NCBI GenBank assembly: GCA_031392925.1
Contig: JANMVV010000333.1
Span: 1-61,137 of the forward strand
Origin: Vicinamibacteria bacterium
GTDB lineage: Bacteria; Acidobacteriota; Vicinamibacteria; Fen-336; JAGNNV01
Length of the DNA stretch: 61,137 nucleotides
Direction: 5' to 3'
This document shows positions 18,043 to 26,238 of this stretch, one piece after another. Below the pieces are notes generated by a model, which ran no database searches, was not told where the DNA came from, and was given only the letters and a program-made list of their open reading frames with translations. Position 1 is the first letter of the stretch, and each line of letters opens with the position of its first letter. The position numbers and the translations under genes are program-made.

Positions 18043-20430
18043 CTAGCGCAGCCATTCCGCGAGTCCGAGCTTCAGTTCGCGGATCCCTTCGGCGGCGAGC
18101 TTCGCATTGAGGCTCGCCCCGATGGGCGACGAGTGAGTGTTGTCCTCAACCCCCTGAGGGTAGTTCGGGCTCTCTCCGGGCTTGAGCTGTACAAAGAGCT
18201 GCCGCGACTTCTCCGGGCCATACTCGCCGAGCACCCGCGCGCTCGCCCGGTGCATATCGATGAGGGGCGCGCCGGTATCCACGGCCACGGACCTCACCAG
18301 ATCGGGGTACTCGCCATGCGTGTCCTGCACGGCGTTCGTCGCATCGAACCGGCGCCTCATCAGAGGCGTCATCAGGACCGGCGTCGCTTTCCGGGCGCTC
18401 ACCTCGGCCACGAATCGGGTGAGGTTCCGCTTGAAGTCTTCGGGAGGCGTGTAGCGTTCGCCCTTCTCTTTCGACTCGTCGTTGTGACCGAACTCGATGA
18501 ACACGTAGTCCCCGGCCTTCACTTCCGCGAGCAAGGCATCCCATAAGCCCTCGCTGATGAACGTCTTGGTGCTTCGGCCGTTCTGCGCGTAGTTCGCCAC
18601 CCGCACCCGGTCCTCCCGGAAGAACTGCTGCAGGCGTTCACCCCAGCCGGTCTCCGGTCGGCTCGTAGAAAGCTTGTCGGCCATGGTGGAGTCTCCCGCG
18701 AGGTGCAGGGTGATCCGGGGCGGCGCCTTCGGGTCGGTGACGGGATCACGCCCGGGCCCCCACACCGCGCGCCCCGGCCGGGTGCCCGTGTGCTCGCCGT
18801 CCACCAGCACCGGCGTCCCGTTGACCACGACGTGCTTCATACCCACGGAATACCGGTGGGGGTCATCGAAGGTGGCGCGGTCGCCGATGGTCAGGGGATC
18901 GAAAGCCACGACGTCCGCGAACATTCCTTCCTTGAGAAGCCCTCGGCGATCCAGGCCGAGGTTCTGCGCGGGCAGCGCGGCCAGCCGGCGAACCGCCTCC
19001 TCAAGAGGAATGAGCTTCTCTTCGCGGACGTAGCGTCCAAGGAGCCGCGAGAAGTTTCCGTACGCGCGGGGATGGGTGCTCGACCTCAGGAAGACACCTT
19101 CGGGAGCCATCGAGGCGGCGTCCGAACCGAAGGAGACCCAGGGCAGCTTCACCTCTTTGCGGACGTTGTCCTCGGACATCAGAAAGAAGGCGACGCCCAC
19201 GCGAGTGCGGTCCTCGTGGACGAGATCCATGATCACCTCCGTCCAGTCCTTGCCGCCCCGAAGCTTGACCGCTTCGGCGAGCGTCTTCCCTTGAAGCGGC
19301 TTGAGCGCCTCGTTCTTGAACTCGAGGAGGAGCATGCGCTCCGGGGATCCGGCGGCGGCGCAGATGTTCTCCCAGCCCGAGCCCTTCGCTTTCATCTCCG
19401 TCGAGATGCGGGCCCGGGTGGCCGGGTCCTCGAGACGCTTGAACACCGCGTCCGGTCCTCCCGATCGCGACCAGGGCGGCAGGCACGCATCGAAGCCGGT
19501 GGCGCCCGCGGTGTAGGTGTACATGTCGGCGGTGACCTTCAGCCCCTCGGCTCTGGCCGCTTCCACCTTCTGAATGACCGCGCCCAGCTTGCCCCAGTTC
19601 GACTCCCCCGCGGCCTTGAGGTGATAGATCTCCGCGGGGATCTTCGCCTCCCGCGCGATCAAGATGAGCTCGTCCACCGCCTCGACCAGAAGGTCGCCCT
19701 CGCTGCGCATGTGCGAGATGTACTTGCCCTGGTACTGGGCCGCGACCTTCGAGAGCTCGATCAGCTCGTGGGTGTCCGCGTACACCGCGGGGGCGTAGAT
19801 GAGCGAGGAGCCGATGCCCAAAGCGCCGGCCTTCATCTCCGCACGGACCAGCTCGCGCATCCGCTCCATCTGCTCAGGCGTCGCCTTCCTGTCGTCGAGA
19901 CCGATGACATGTTCGCGAATGGTCGCGGCCCCGATGTAGGAGGCCACGTTCGTCGAGATCCCGCGCTTCTCGAGGTATTGCAGGTACTCGGAGAGCGTCG
20001 TCCACTCGATCTTGTACCTGATGTCGCCCATGCCCTCCTCACGCTGCTTCTTCATCGCGGGAGTGAGGGGACCCATGGAATCGCCCTCGCCGAAGATCTC
20101 GGTGGTCACGCCCTGACGGATCTCGCCTTGCGACTTGCCGTCGACGATGAGGGACTCGACCGACCACGAGAGCATGTTGATGAAGCCGGGCGCCACCGCG
20201 AGGCCCCGGGCGTCGAGCACCCGGGTCGCCGAAGCCTTCGACAGGTCGCCGATAGTCGCGATCAGATCCCCGCGTATGCCCAGGTCGGCGACGCGCGGGC
20301 GGCCGCCCGATCCGTCGTAGACGGCGCCGCCTCGCACGATGACGTCGTAGTCGGCGGACCGGACGCTCGAGGCCGCGAGCACCAGCAGGCCCAGGGCGCA
20401 GCGAAATGAACGGAAAGACGATGGACTCAT
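18043..20430 (-). CDS. N-acyl-D-amino-acid deacylase fused to a C-terminal SGNH rhamnogalacturonan-acetylesterase-like domain
   Basis: Amidohydrolase motifs APGFIN, SHMRSEG, YHLK, GSDA, HPRAYGNF. Then AGDST, GRSTK, FGHND, DNTH SGNH blocks in the same frame. Confidence 0.88.
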   Translation of the reverse strand: MSPSSFRSFRCALGLLVLAASSVRSADYDVIVRGGAVYDGSGGRPRVADLGIRGDLIATIGDLSKASATRVLDARGLAVAPGFINMLSWSVESLIVDGKSQGEIRQGVTTEIFGEGDSMGPLTPAMKKQREEGMGDIRYKIEWTTLSEYLQYLEKRGISTNVASYIGAATIREHVIGLDDRKATPEQMERMRELVRAEMKAGALGIGSSLIYAPAVYADTHELIELSKVAAQYQGKYISHMRSEGDLLVEAVDELILIAREAKIPAEIYHLKAAGESNWGKLGAVIQKVEAARAEGLKVTADMYTYTAGATGFDACLPPWSRSGGPDAVFKRLEDPATRARISTEMKAKGSGWENICAAAGSPERMLLLEFKNEALKPLQGKTLAEAVKLRGGKDWTEVIMDLVHEDRTRVGVAFFLMSEDNVRKEVKLPWVSFGSDAASMAPEGVFLRSSTHPRAYGNFSRLLGRYVREEKLIPLEEAVRRLAALPAQNLGLDRRGLLKEGMFADVVAFDPLTIGDRATFDDPHRYSVGMKHVVVNGTPVLVDGEHTGTRPGRAVWGPGRDPVTDPKAPPRITLHLAGDSTMADKLSTSRPETGWGERLQQFFREDRVRVANYAQNGRSTKTFISEGLWDALLAEVKAGDYVFIEFGHNDESKEKGERYTPPEDFKRNLTRFVAEVSARKATPVLMTPLMRRRFDATNAVQDTHGEYPDLVRSVAVDTGAPLIDMHRASARVLGEYGPEKSRQLFVQLKPGESPNYPQGVEDNTHSSPIGASLNAKLAAEGIRELKLGLAEWLR

Positions 20431-20554
20431 GACGGCTCCTCGTGATCGGGATTTCTTGAAGACTACGGCACCTCGCGGGACCGCTCCAGGAGGTCAACGC
20501 GGTCGGAAGACGGGCCGAGCCGATACTCCGCGAAGGAGTCGGTCATCGGGGTTG

Positions 20555-23338
20555 CTACCTGTAAATCCCGTTGAACAGAAACTTGAAGGTGCCGTGCGGC
20601 TGGCCGCGGAAGGTGATCTCGGGACCGAACATCATCAGCCGACCCTGACCGACGCTCGCCTCGGCCACCGAGACTCCGCCCTCGATGTAATGCTGGCCCC
20701 AGGCCCAGCCGCTGCGGAGCGGAGTCGCATTCGGGAACCAGGCCACTGCGGTGACGCCCTTGAGGGGCGAATCGGGATGGAGGTCGAACACCGGCGAATT
20801 ATCGAAGAAGACATCGAGGTCCTTGGACATGCCCCAGGCCAGGGGATGAGCGGGGTTCACCTCGGCGCGCAACACCGATCCCGGCACGTAGTACTTCTCG
20901 CGGCCGAGTTTCTTCTCGCCCGCCGCCGTCCTCTCGACGAGATGATCTCCGACGAGACCGAGGTGCTCCCCGAGCACGGTGGAAGAACCCACGGCGACGA
21001 CCTTGCCGCCCGCTTCGAGGAACGCCTTGATCGCGGGCACGCTCTTCGCGACCGAGTAGCGTCCGAGACGGTTCTTGAACTCGCCGGCGCGCTCCTCGGA
21101 AGGCTGGCGCCCGCCGAAGAGGCTCGCGGGCGGGTTGTCGTTCTCGGGCAGGATCTCGTCGGCGAAGATCAGGACGTCGTACTTCGCGTTCAGATTGCCG
21201 GCGTCGATGTCCTTCGGGAAAATCTGCTCTACGGAGGCGAACTCGAACTGCTCGAGCAGCCAGCGCATCCAGCCCGAGGGAATGCTGCCGCCGTAGGTGT
21301 CGGCGAGACCGACGCGCTCGGTCTTGAGCGGCATCGAATTGCCCGCGGGTTTCGAGGCGACTCCCGAGGCCGAGACGCCGAGGTCGGTGGCCGCCTTCTG
21401 GAGGACGGGCAGCGCGGTCGCATTCGCGGGGATGTAGAAGGCTCCCGCCGAGGCGCCCGAGGTCATGCGCTCGACCGCGACGCCCGCCTTCAGGAGACGG
21501 TTCGCGACCAGGAACGAATCGTTCTCGGCGGCCGGGAGCACAAAGCCCGCGGCCCCCGTCGCATTCGTCACCTGAGCGGCGAGGGGCTTGGCGAACGTCC
21601 TCGCGGGGATAACCTCGAAGGGGCCTTCGAAGGGCTCGAGCAGGCGGTCGAACTGAACGCCCATCTGGTACGCGAGCGTCCAGCCCGCGTTGTCATAGGG
21701 CGGAATGGGCGGACCGCCGGGCGAGGCGAAGTCGTTCGGATGATCCTGGGGCTCGAACATGTCGAGGATGTGCGGTCGGAAGGCCTGGGCGCACTTCACC
21801 ACGAACGAACCCGCGGGATACGACTTCCCCGCCACCGTGAAGTCCTTGGTCGCCCGGTGGATGGTGATTCCGTTGTGGATCAGGGCGTTGATGAACTTCG
21901 TGGCCGTCGGGAAGTCGGCCTGGTTAGCGGGGATGATGTAGCCGCGCGGATCGCGCTTGCTTGGATCCTTCAATTCGTCGAAGTACTTCACGGGAGCCAC
22001 GGGCGAGCGGCCGCCGGGGTTTGCGACGAAGAGCCCGCCCGGAGCCATGGTCGGGTTGATGGTGGACGCGGGACCGGAGGGCGCGCGCATCTCCTTCGCG
22101 ACCTTGGCCTGGATGGCCTCGATCCCGTGCGGCGTGAAGGTCCAGCTGTCGCGGTTGCCGCGGTCGATCGAGTTCTTCCCCATTTTGTACATGCGGAAGA
22201 GGAAGGTCTCCTTCATGCGCGCCACCAGGTCGAGCACCGCCCAGTTGGCGGTGATCGAGTAGTCGATGGACTGGCGGAAGTGCCAGGTCTGCGGGGCGAT
22301 GGGCAGGGGCATGTCCGCGTTCGGGAGCATCCGTTGCGGCACGAACTCGATCTCCACCGGGGTGGGGTTGCCGATGGTTTCGGTGAGGAGGCCGATCTGA
22401 TTGTGGAAGTAGGCGCTGGTGCGCAGCCCCCCGTTCCACCAGGTCGAGTAGTTGGCGCCCTTGCGCATGGTGACGCCGGGCTTGCCTTCGGCCTCGAAGC
22501 GTGAGTGCATGGCCGCGCCCACGAGATCGAGCTCGACCGGGATCATCGGGTCGAAGTTGTAGTTGAAGGGGTCGCGGAAAGGCGGCGCGAACATCACGGC
22601 GCCGGTAGGGCCGGTCTGATGGTGGTTGTACATGACCACGGGAAACCACTCCGCGAAGAGCTGGCGGACGATGTTCTGGGTCTCCGGCTGATTCGCCATG
22701 TAGAAGTCGCGGTTGTTGTCGTGGCCGATGTACTTCTGGTACAGCCGCGGGATGTCGCCGCTGTTCCGCTTCTTCTCGTCCTGCTCCTTCATGTACCAGT
22801 TGGAGACGAGCTCCATGCCGTCCGGATTCGCGTGGGTGGCGAGGACGATGACGTTGTTGAGGATATTCATGGTCTCGGCGTCGGCGCGACTCACCAGCTC
22901 GTAGATGGTCTCGGTGAGCTGGGCCGCGCCCAGGACCTCGGTCGCGTGCAGGCCGCCGTCGATCCACACCACCGCCTTGCCCTCGGCCGCGAGGGCCCGG
23001 GCCTGCTCGTCGGTGAGGCCTTCGGCGTGAGCCAGCCTCTGCGAGATGCCCTGGTATTTCGAGAGCAGCTTGTGATTCGCAGGCGAGGTGATGATGGCCA
23101 TGAGCTGATCGCGGCCCTCGGCGGTCTTGCCGATGGACTGGAGGGTCATGCGGTCCGAGGCCGCATCCAGCTTCTTCATGTAGGCGCTGAACTGGGTGTA
23201 GTTCGCGAGGCGATAGTCGTCGCCGATCGTGAATCCGTAGGCGTCTTTGGTGGTGGGGATCTTCGCCCCCTGCGCGTGAGCGAGGGGCGCGATGGCCAGC
23301 AGGCTCAATCCAAACAGGGAGTGTCGTAGATATCTCAT
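20555..23338 (-). CDS. Secreted M14 zinc carboxypeptidase with C-terminal GATase-like domain
   Basis: GLHATE, NPDG, HDNNRD, YNHHQ, LTET motifs, signal peptide. Confidence 0.9.
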   Translation of the reverse strand: MRYLRHSLFGLSLLAIAPLAHAQGAKIPTTKDAYGFTIGDDYRLANYTQFSAYMKKLDAASDRMTLQSIGKTAEGRDQLMAIITSPANHKLLSKYQGISQRLAHAEGLTDEQARALAAEGKAVVWIDGGLHATEVLGAAQLTETIYELVSRADAETMNILNNVIVLATHANPDGMELVSNWYMKEQDEKKRNSGDIPRLYQKYIGHDNNRDFYMANQPETQNIVRQLFAEWFPVVMYNHHQTGPTGAVMFAPPFRDPFNYNFDPMIPVELDLVGAAMHSRFEAEGKPGVTMRKGANYSTWWNGGLRTSAYFHNQIGLLTETIGNPTPVEIEFVPQRMLPNADMPLPIAPQTWHFRQSIDYSITANWAVLDLVARMKETFLFRMYKMGKNSIDRGNRDSWTFTPHGIEAIQAKVAKEMRAPSGPASTINPTMAPGGLFVANPGGRSPVAPVKYFDELKDPSKRDPRGYIIPANQADFPTATKFINALIHNGITIHRATKDFTVAGKSYPAGSFVVKCAQAFRPHILDMFEPQDHPNDFASPGGPPIPPYDNAGWTLAYQMGVQFDRLLEPFEGPFEVIPARTFAKPLAAQVTNATGAAGFVLPAAENDSFLVANRLLKAGVAVERMTSGASAGAFYIPANATALPVLQKAATDLGVSASGVASKPAGNSMPLKTERVGLADTYGGSIPSGWMRWLLEQFEFASVEQIFPKDIDAGNLNAKYDVLIFADEILPENDNPPASLFGGRQPSEERAGEFKNRLGRYSVAKSVPAIKAFLEAGGKVVAVGSSTVLGEHLGLVGDHLVERTAAGEKKLGREKYYVPGSVLRAEVNPAHPLAWGMSKDLDVFFDNSPVFDLHPDSPLKGVTAVAWFPNATPLRSGWAWGQHYIEGGVSVAEASVGQGRLMMFGPEITFRGQPHGTFKFLFNGIYR

Positions 23339-23442
23339 TCGTTCATCCTCGAAAAGGAGGGAGCCCGCCCGGGACCCGTGAAATCTGGTGCCGGGATCTT
23401 AGCCCTGGCCCCGCGCCCTGATCTTCGCGTGGATGAATTCCG

Positions 23443-23490
23443 ACCATCCGCCGCCTTGAGCCTGAAGAACTCCTTCAGGGCATCGATCAT
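23443..23490 (-). pseudogene. Possible 5' relic of an nhaA Na+/H+ antiporter gene
   Basis: An ATG 2 nt after the upstream stop gives MIDALKEFFRLKAADG, resembling the NhaA N-terminal helix (..L.EFF.LE.AGG). The similarity then collapses. Confidence 0.35.
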
Positions 23491-23492
23491 GA

Positions 23493-24005
23493 CTACATCG
23501 CGCCGGGCAGGGTGTAGTCGAACACGTACGAGTGCTTGCCGGGCTCGATGATGATGGTGAGGACGCCGGCGAGGCCGGTGAGCTCGCCGGTTCCGGAGTC
23601 GGGTATCACGTTGATCAGCATCTTGAAGTCGGCGTTGGCCTTCATAGTGGCGTGATGCATGAGCGTGAACGTGCCGCTGCGGCCCTTGATGGACACTTTC
23701 ATCATCTCCACCGCGACATAGCCGCCCGAACCCTTGACCTCCCCGCCGGCAGTCACCATCTCGCCCATGCTGGTTCCCACCATGTCGCCCGACCACACCT
23801 TGTCGATGGACATCCGGCCCACCACGACACCGGGCACTTTCACGTCCTCGGGCAGGGGTTTCACCTTCACTTCGAACGTTCCTGTGGCCTGACCGGTCAT
23901 GACTTTCCCCCCTGAAGGCGGGATGGCCGCCTGTCCCAACCCTGCTGCCGAGGTCGAGTCAAGCGAGGCCATGAGCGCCGCCGCGACCAGGAATTGTGTC
24001 TTCAT
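23493..24005 (-). CDS. DUF3224 domain protein
   Basis: ATGTFEVK, GYVAVE, GRSGTF.LMH, VIPDSGTGELTGLAG, HSYVFDY. Confidence 0.9.
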   Translation of the reverse strand: MKTQFLVAAALMASLDSTSAAGLGQAAIPPSGGKVMTGQATGTFEVKVKPLPEDVKVPGVVVGRMSIDKVWSGDMVGTSMGEMVTAGGEVKGSGGYVAVEMMKVSIKGRSGTFTLMHHATMKANADFKMLINVIPDSGTGELTGLAGVLTIIIEPGKHSYVFDYTLPGAM

Positions 24006-24099
24006 CCGGCAATGGTAGCGCCCCCGGGCCGAGGACGGCTTGAAGGAACGCGATGGGAGCCCGGCGCTTCAATCATCGATTGAAAGCTGATCGCACGCC

Positions 24100-24759
24100 T
24101 CAGCGATAGACGGCGCAGCCTCGCGCCTCGAGATCCGCGAACCAAGGGAGCTCGGGCAGCGTCTTTGTCCAGCGAAGGTCCAGCTTCTCGAGACGAGGAA
24201 GCTCCGCGAGAACGGCCGGCAGCGTGGTCAAGGGATTGCCGCGCAGGTCGAGTTGCCGAAGATCGGAGAGCTGACCGATGGACTCGGGGACGGTCACCAG
24301 GCGGTTGTTCCGCAGATGGAGCTCGCGAAGGCGCGTGAGCCGGTCAAGCGACGATGGGAGCTCCTGAAACTGATTGTCCGTCGCCTTCAACTCAATGAGG
24401 CCGACCAGTCCAAGCACCGCCTCGGGTAACCGGATCATGGCGTTCTGGCTGAGGTTGAGATAGCGAAGCCTGGTCAACCGGGAGAGGCTCGGAGGGAGCG
24501 TGGTCAGCCGATTGTCGTGGAGATACAGGAAGCGGTCGAGCTGGATGAGTTCGCCGAGCGCCTCCGGGATCTCCGAGAGCTGGTTGTGCCCCAGATCGAG
24601 GGTGCGAAGGCGGGTGAGGCGGGCGATCTTCCCGGACAGCGACTGAAGACGGTTATCCGCGAGGATGAGCGTCTCGACCCGGACCTCGTCCCACACGGAG
24701 TCCGGCACGGTGTCGAGTTGCTGCTTCCAGAGGTTGAGGTCGGCAGCCGGACCACTCAT
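24100..24759 (-). CDS. Leucine-rich repeat protein (about eight 23-aa repeats)
   Basis: Repeats such as LTRLRTLDLGHNQLSEIPEAL and LTRLRELHLRNNRLVTVPESI. The ATG at 24759 overlaps the upstream stop (ATGA). Confidence 0.9.
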   Translation of the reverse strand: MSGPAADLNLWKQQLDTVPDSVWDEVRVETLILADNRLQSLSGKIARLTRLRTLDLGHNQLSEIPEALGELIQLDRFLYLHDNRLTTLPPSLSRLTRLRYLNLSQNAMIRLPEAVLGLVGLIELKATDNQFQELPSSLDRLTRLRELHLRNNRLVTVPESIGQLSDLRQLDLRGNPLTTLPAVLAELPRLEKLDLRWTKTLPELPWFADLEARGCAVYR

Positions 24760-25373
24760 TTCTGCTTCTTCACCGCCGCCGTGGCCACGGGTCGTGAGAA
24801 CGCCTTCGGCCGCCGCGCTTCGGGCGAGCGCAGGCGATCCGCCACCCGCCAGGCGAGCCACGTCCATGCCGCCTCCGCGGGATGGCCGGCGATGCGGGCC
24901 ACGTTGGGCCACAGGGAGACGAGGACCGCGTTCGAAGTCAGATCGGTGGACGCGCGCGGGCTCAGCGCCGCGATGACCATCAGAATGAGGGAACTCGCGA
25001 CCACGATGAACGTGGCCACCAGAAGGGCGTAGCGGTCGGGAGCATCGCACCAGCGGTTCAAGAGAGCGCCGACCGCGAACAACGCGACGTACCAGACCGC
25101 TAGGGCCACCGACCAGTTGGGCGAAAAGCCGATGGCCAGGACCTCGATGGCGACGGTGACGAAGATGAGGATGACCACGCGCACGGCCAGAGCCCGAGGC
25201 GGGCGCCGATGGGGCGCCGTCCCCACGAGCCGCCCCAGGAAGACCAGGACGCCGGCCGAAAGAGCGGTTCGCAACAGCGTGCCAACCGGATCGGCCTGGC
25301 CGGGCGGCGCTTGAAACATCGCGCCCACCGCGAGCACGACAACGACGGCGGAGACCCACAACGCCCTGATCAT
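24756..25373 (-). CDS. Hypothetical polytopic membrane protein
   Basis: About 5-6 hydrophobic segments. TAGACT -10 box 8 nt before the ATG. Coupled to the LRR gene. Confidence 0.6.
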   Translation of the reverse strand: MIRALWVSAVVVVLAVGAMFQAPPGQADPVGTLLRTALSAGVLVFLGRLVGTAPHRRPPRALAVRVVILIFVTVAIEVLAIGFSPNWSVALAVWYVALFAVGALLNRWCDAPDRYALLVATFIVVASSLILMVIAALSPRASTDLTSNAVLVSLWPNVARIAGHPAEAAWTWLAWRVADRLRSPEARRPKAFSRPVATAAVKKQK

Positions 25374-25567
25374 GGTCGAGGAGTCTATGCCGCGCCGCCT
25401 CGGGGTCTGGTGAAAAACGTCACCAAACGCCGCCGCCTCGGCCGCGCGGATCCATCCACGCGGCGCGGGAATCCATGACCGCGAGGCTACTTCGAACCCG
25501 TCGATATTGGGCCAATTCAGGAGGGTGGACCGCACGAAGCGGTGCCCGCGAGTCCTATAGTTCATCC

Positions 25568-26044
25568 ATGAGCGACTCCACGAAACTGTCGGCGCTGATA
25601 TCCGCGAGTCTGTCGCAGCACTACGAACGGGTGCGCCAGAAGGTCCATTCCCTGGTGGAGCCGCTTTCGCAGGAGCAGCTCTGGCATCGACCGTACCGCT
25701 ACGGCAACTCGGTGGGACATCTCCTTCTTCATCTCACCGGAAATCTGAGCTACTACATCGGGGCGCGGACCGCGGGCATCGGCTACATCCGCGACCGCCC
25801 TCTGGAGTTTTCGGACACCGCGAAGCGTCCGAAGGAGGACGTGCTGCGCGCGCTCGATGCGGCCGTGGACCTGGTCCTCAAGACCCTCGCCGCCCAGACC
25901 GAGACTTCCTGGCACACGCCCCTCGAGGCGGTGGGCGCGGAAGATGTGAAGGACCGGCTCAGCATGTTCGTCCGCTGCGCCGCGCATTTCGACCATCACA
26001 CCGGCCAGATGATCTACATCGGCAAGGAACTCGCGGCGTTGTAG
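25568..26044 (+). CDS. DinB-like (DUF1572/DUF664) protein
   Basis: NSVGHLLLHLTGNL, RDRPLEF, HFDHHTGQMIY. Confidence 0.88.
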   Translation: MSDSTKLSALISASLSQHYERVRQKVHSLVEPLSQEQLWHRPYRYGNSVGHLLLHLTGNLSYYIGARTAGIGYIRDRPLEFSDTAKRPKEDVLRALDAAVDLVLKTLAAQTETSWHTPLEAVGAEDVKDRLSMFVRCAAHFDHHTGQMIYIGKELAAL

Positions 26045-26238
26045 CCGCGATCGCCGGAGGGCTCCAGCTTCGGGAGCCCCATCGGCTCGAGCAGCCGGCG
26101 CGTTTCCTTGCCCGGTCGAATCAGAGCCTTGCGATCCATGGGCCAGACGTACCAAGGCCGGGCCTCCGATGACCCCATGGTCGAGTCCGCGTCCTATGAT
26201 CTCGGCCCCGCGCGTTCTTTTCCCAAACGGAGACCTTC

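Noticed and set aside
24066-24087. Palindromes TTCAATC-ATC-GATTGAA and TGGTGA-N6-TCACCA (25408-25425)
   Set aside because: Single short palindromes. They could be a terminator or operator but cannot be assigned from the sequence.
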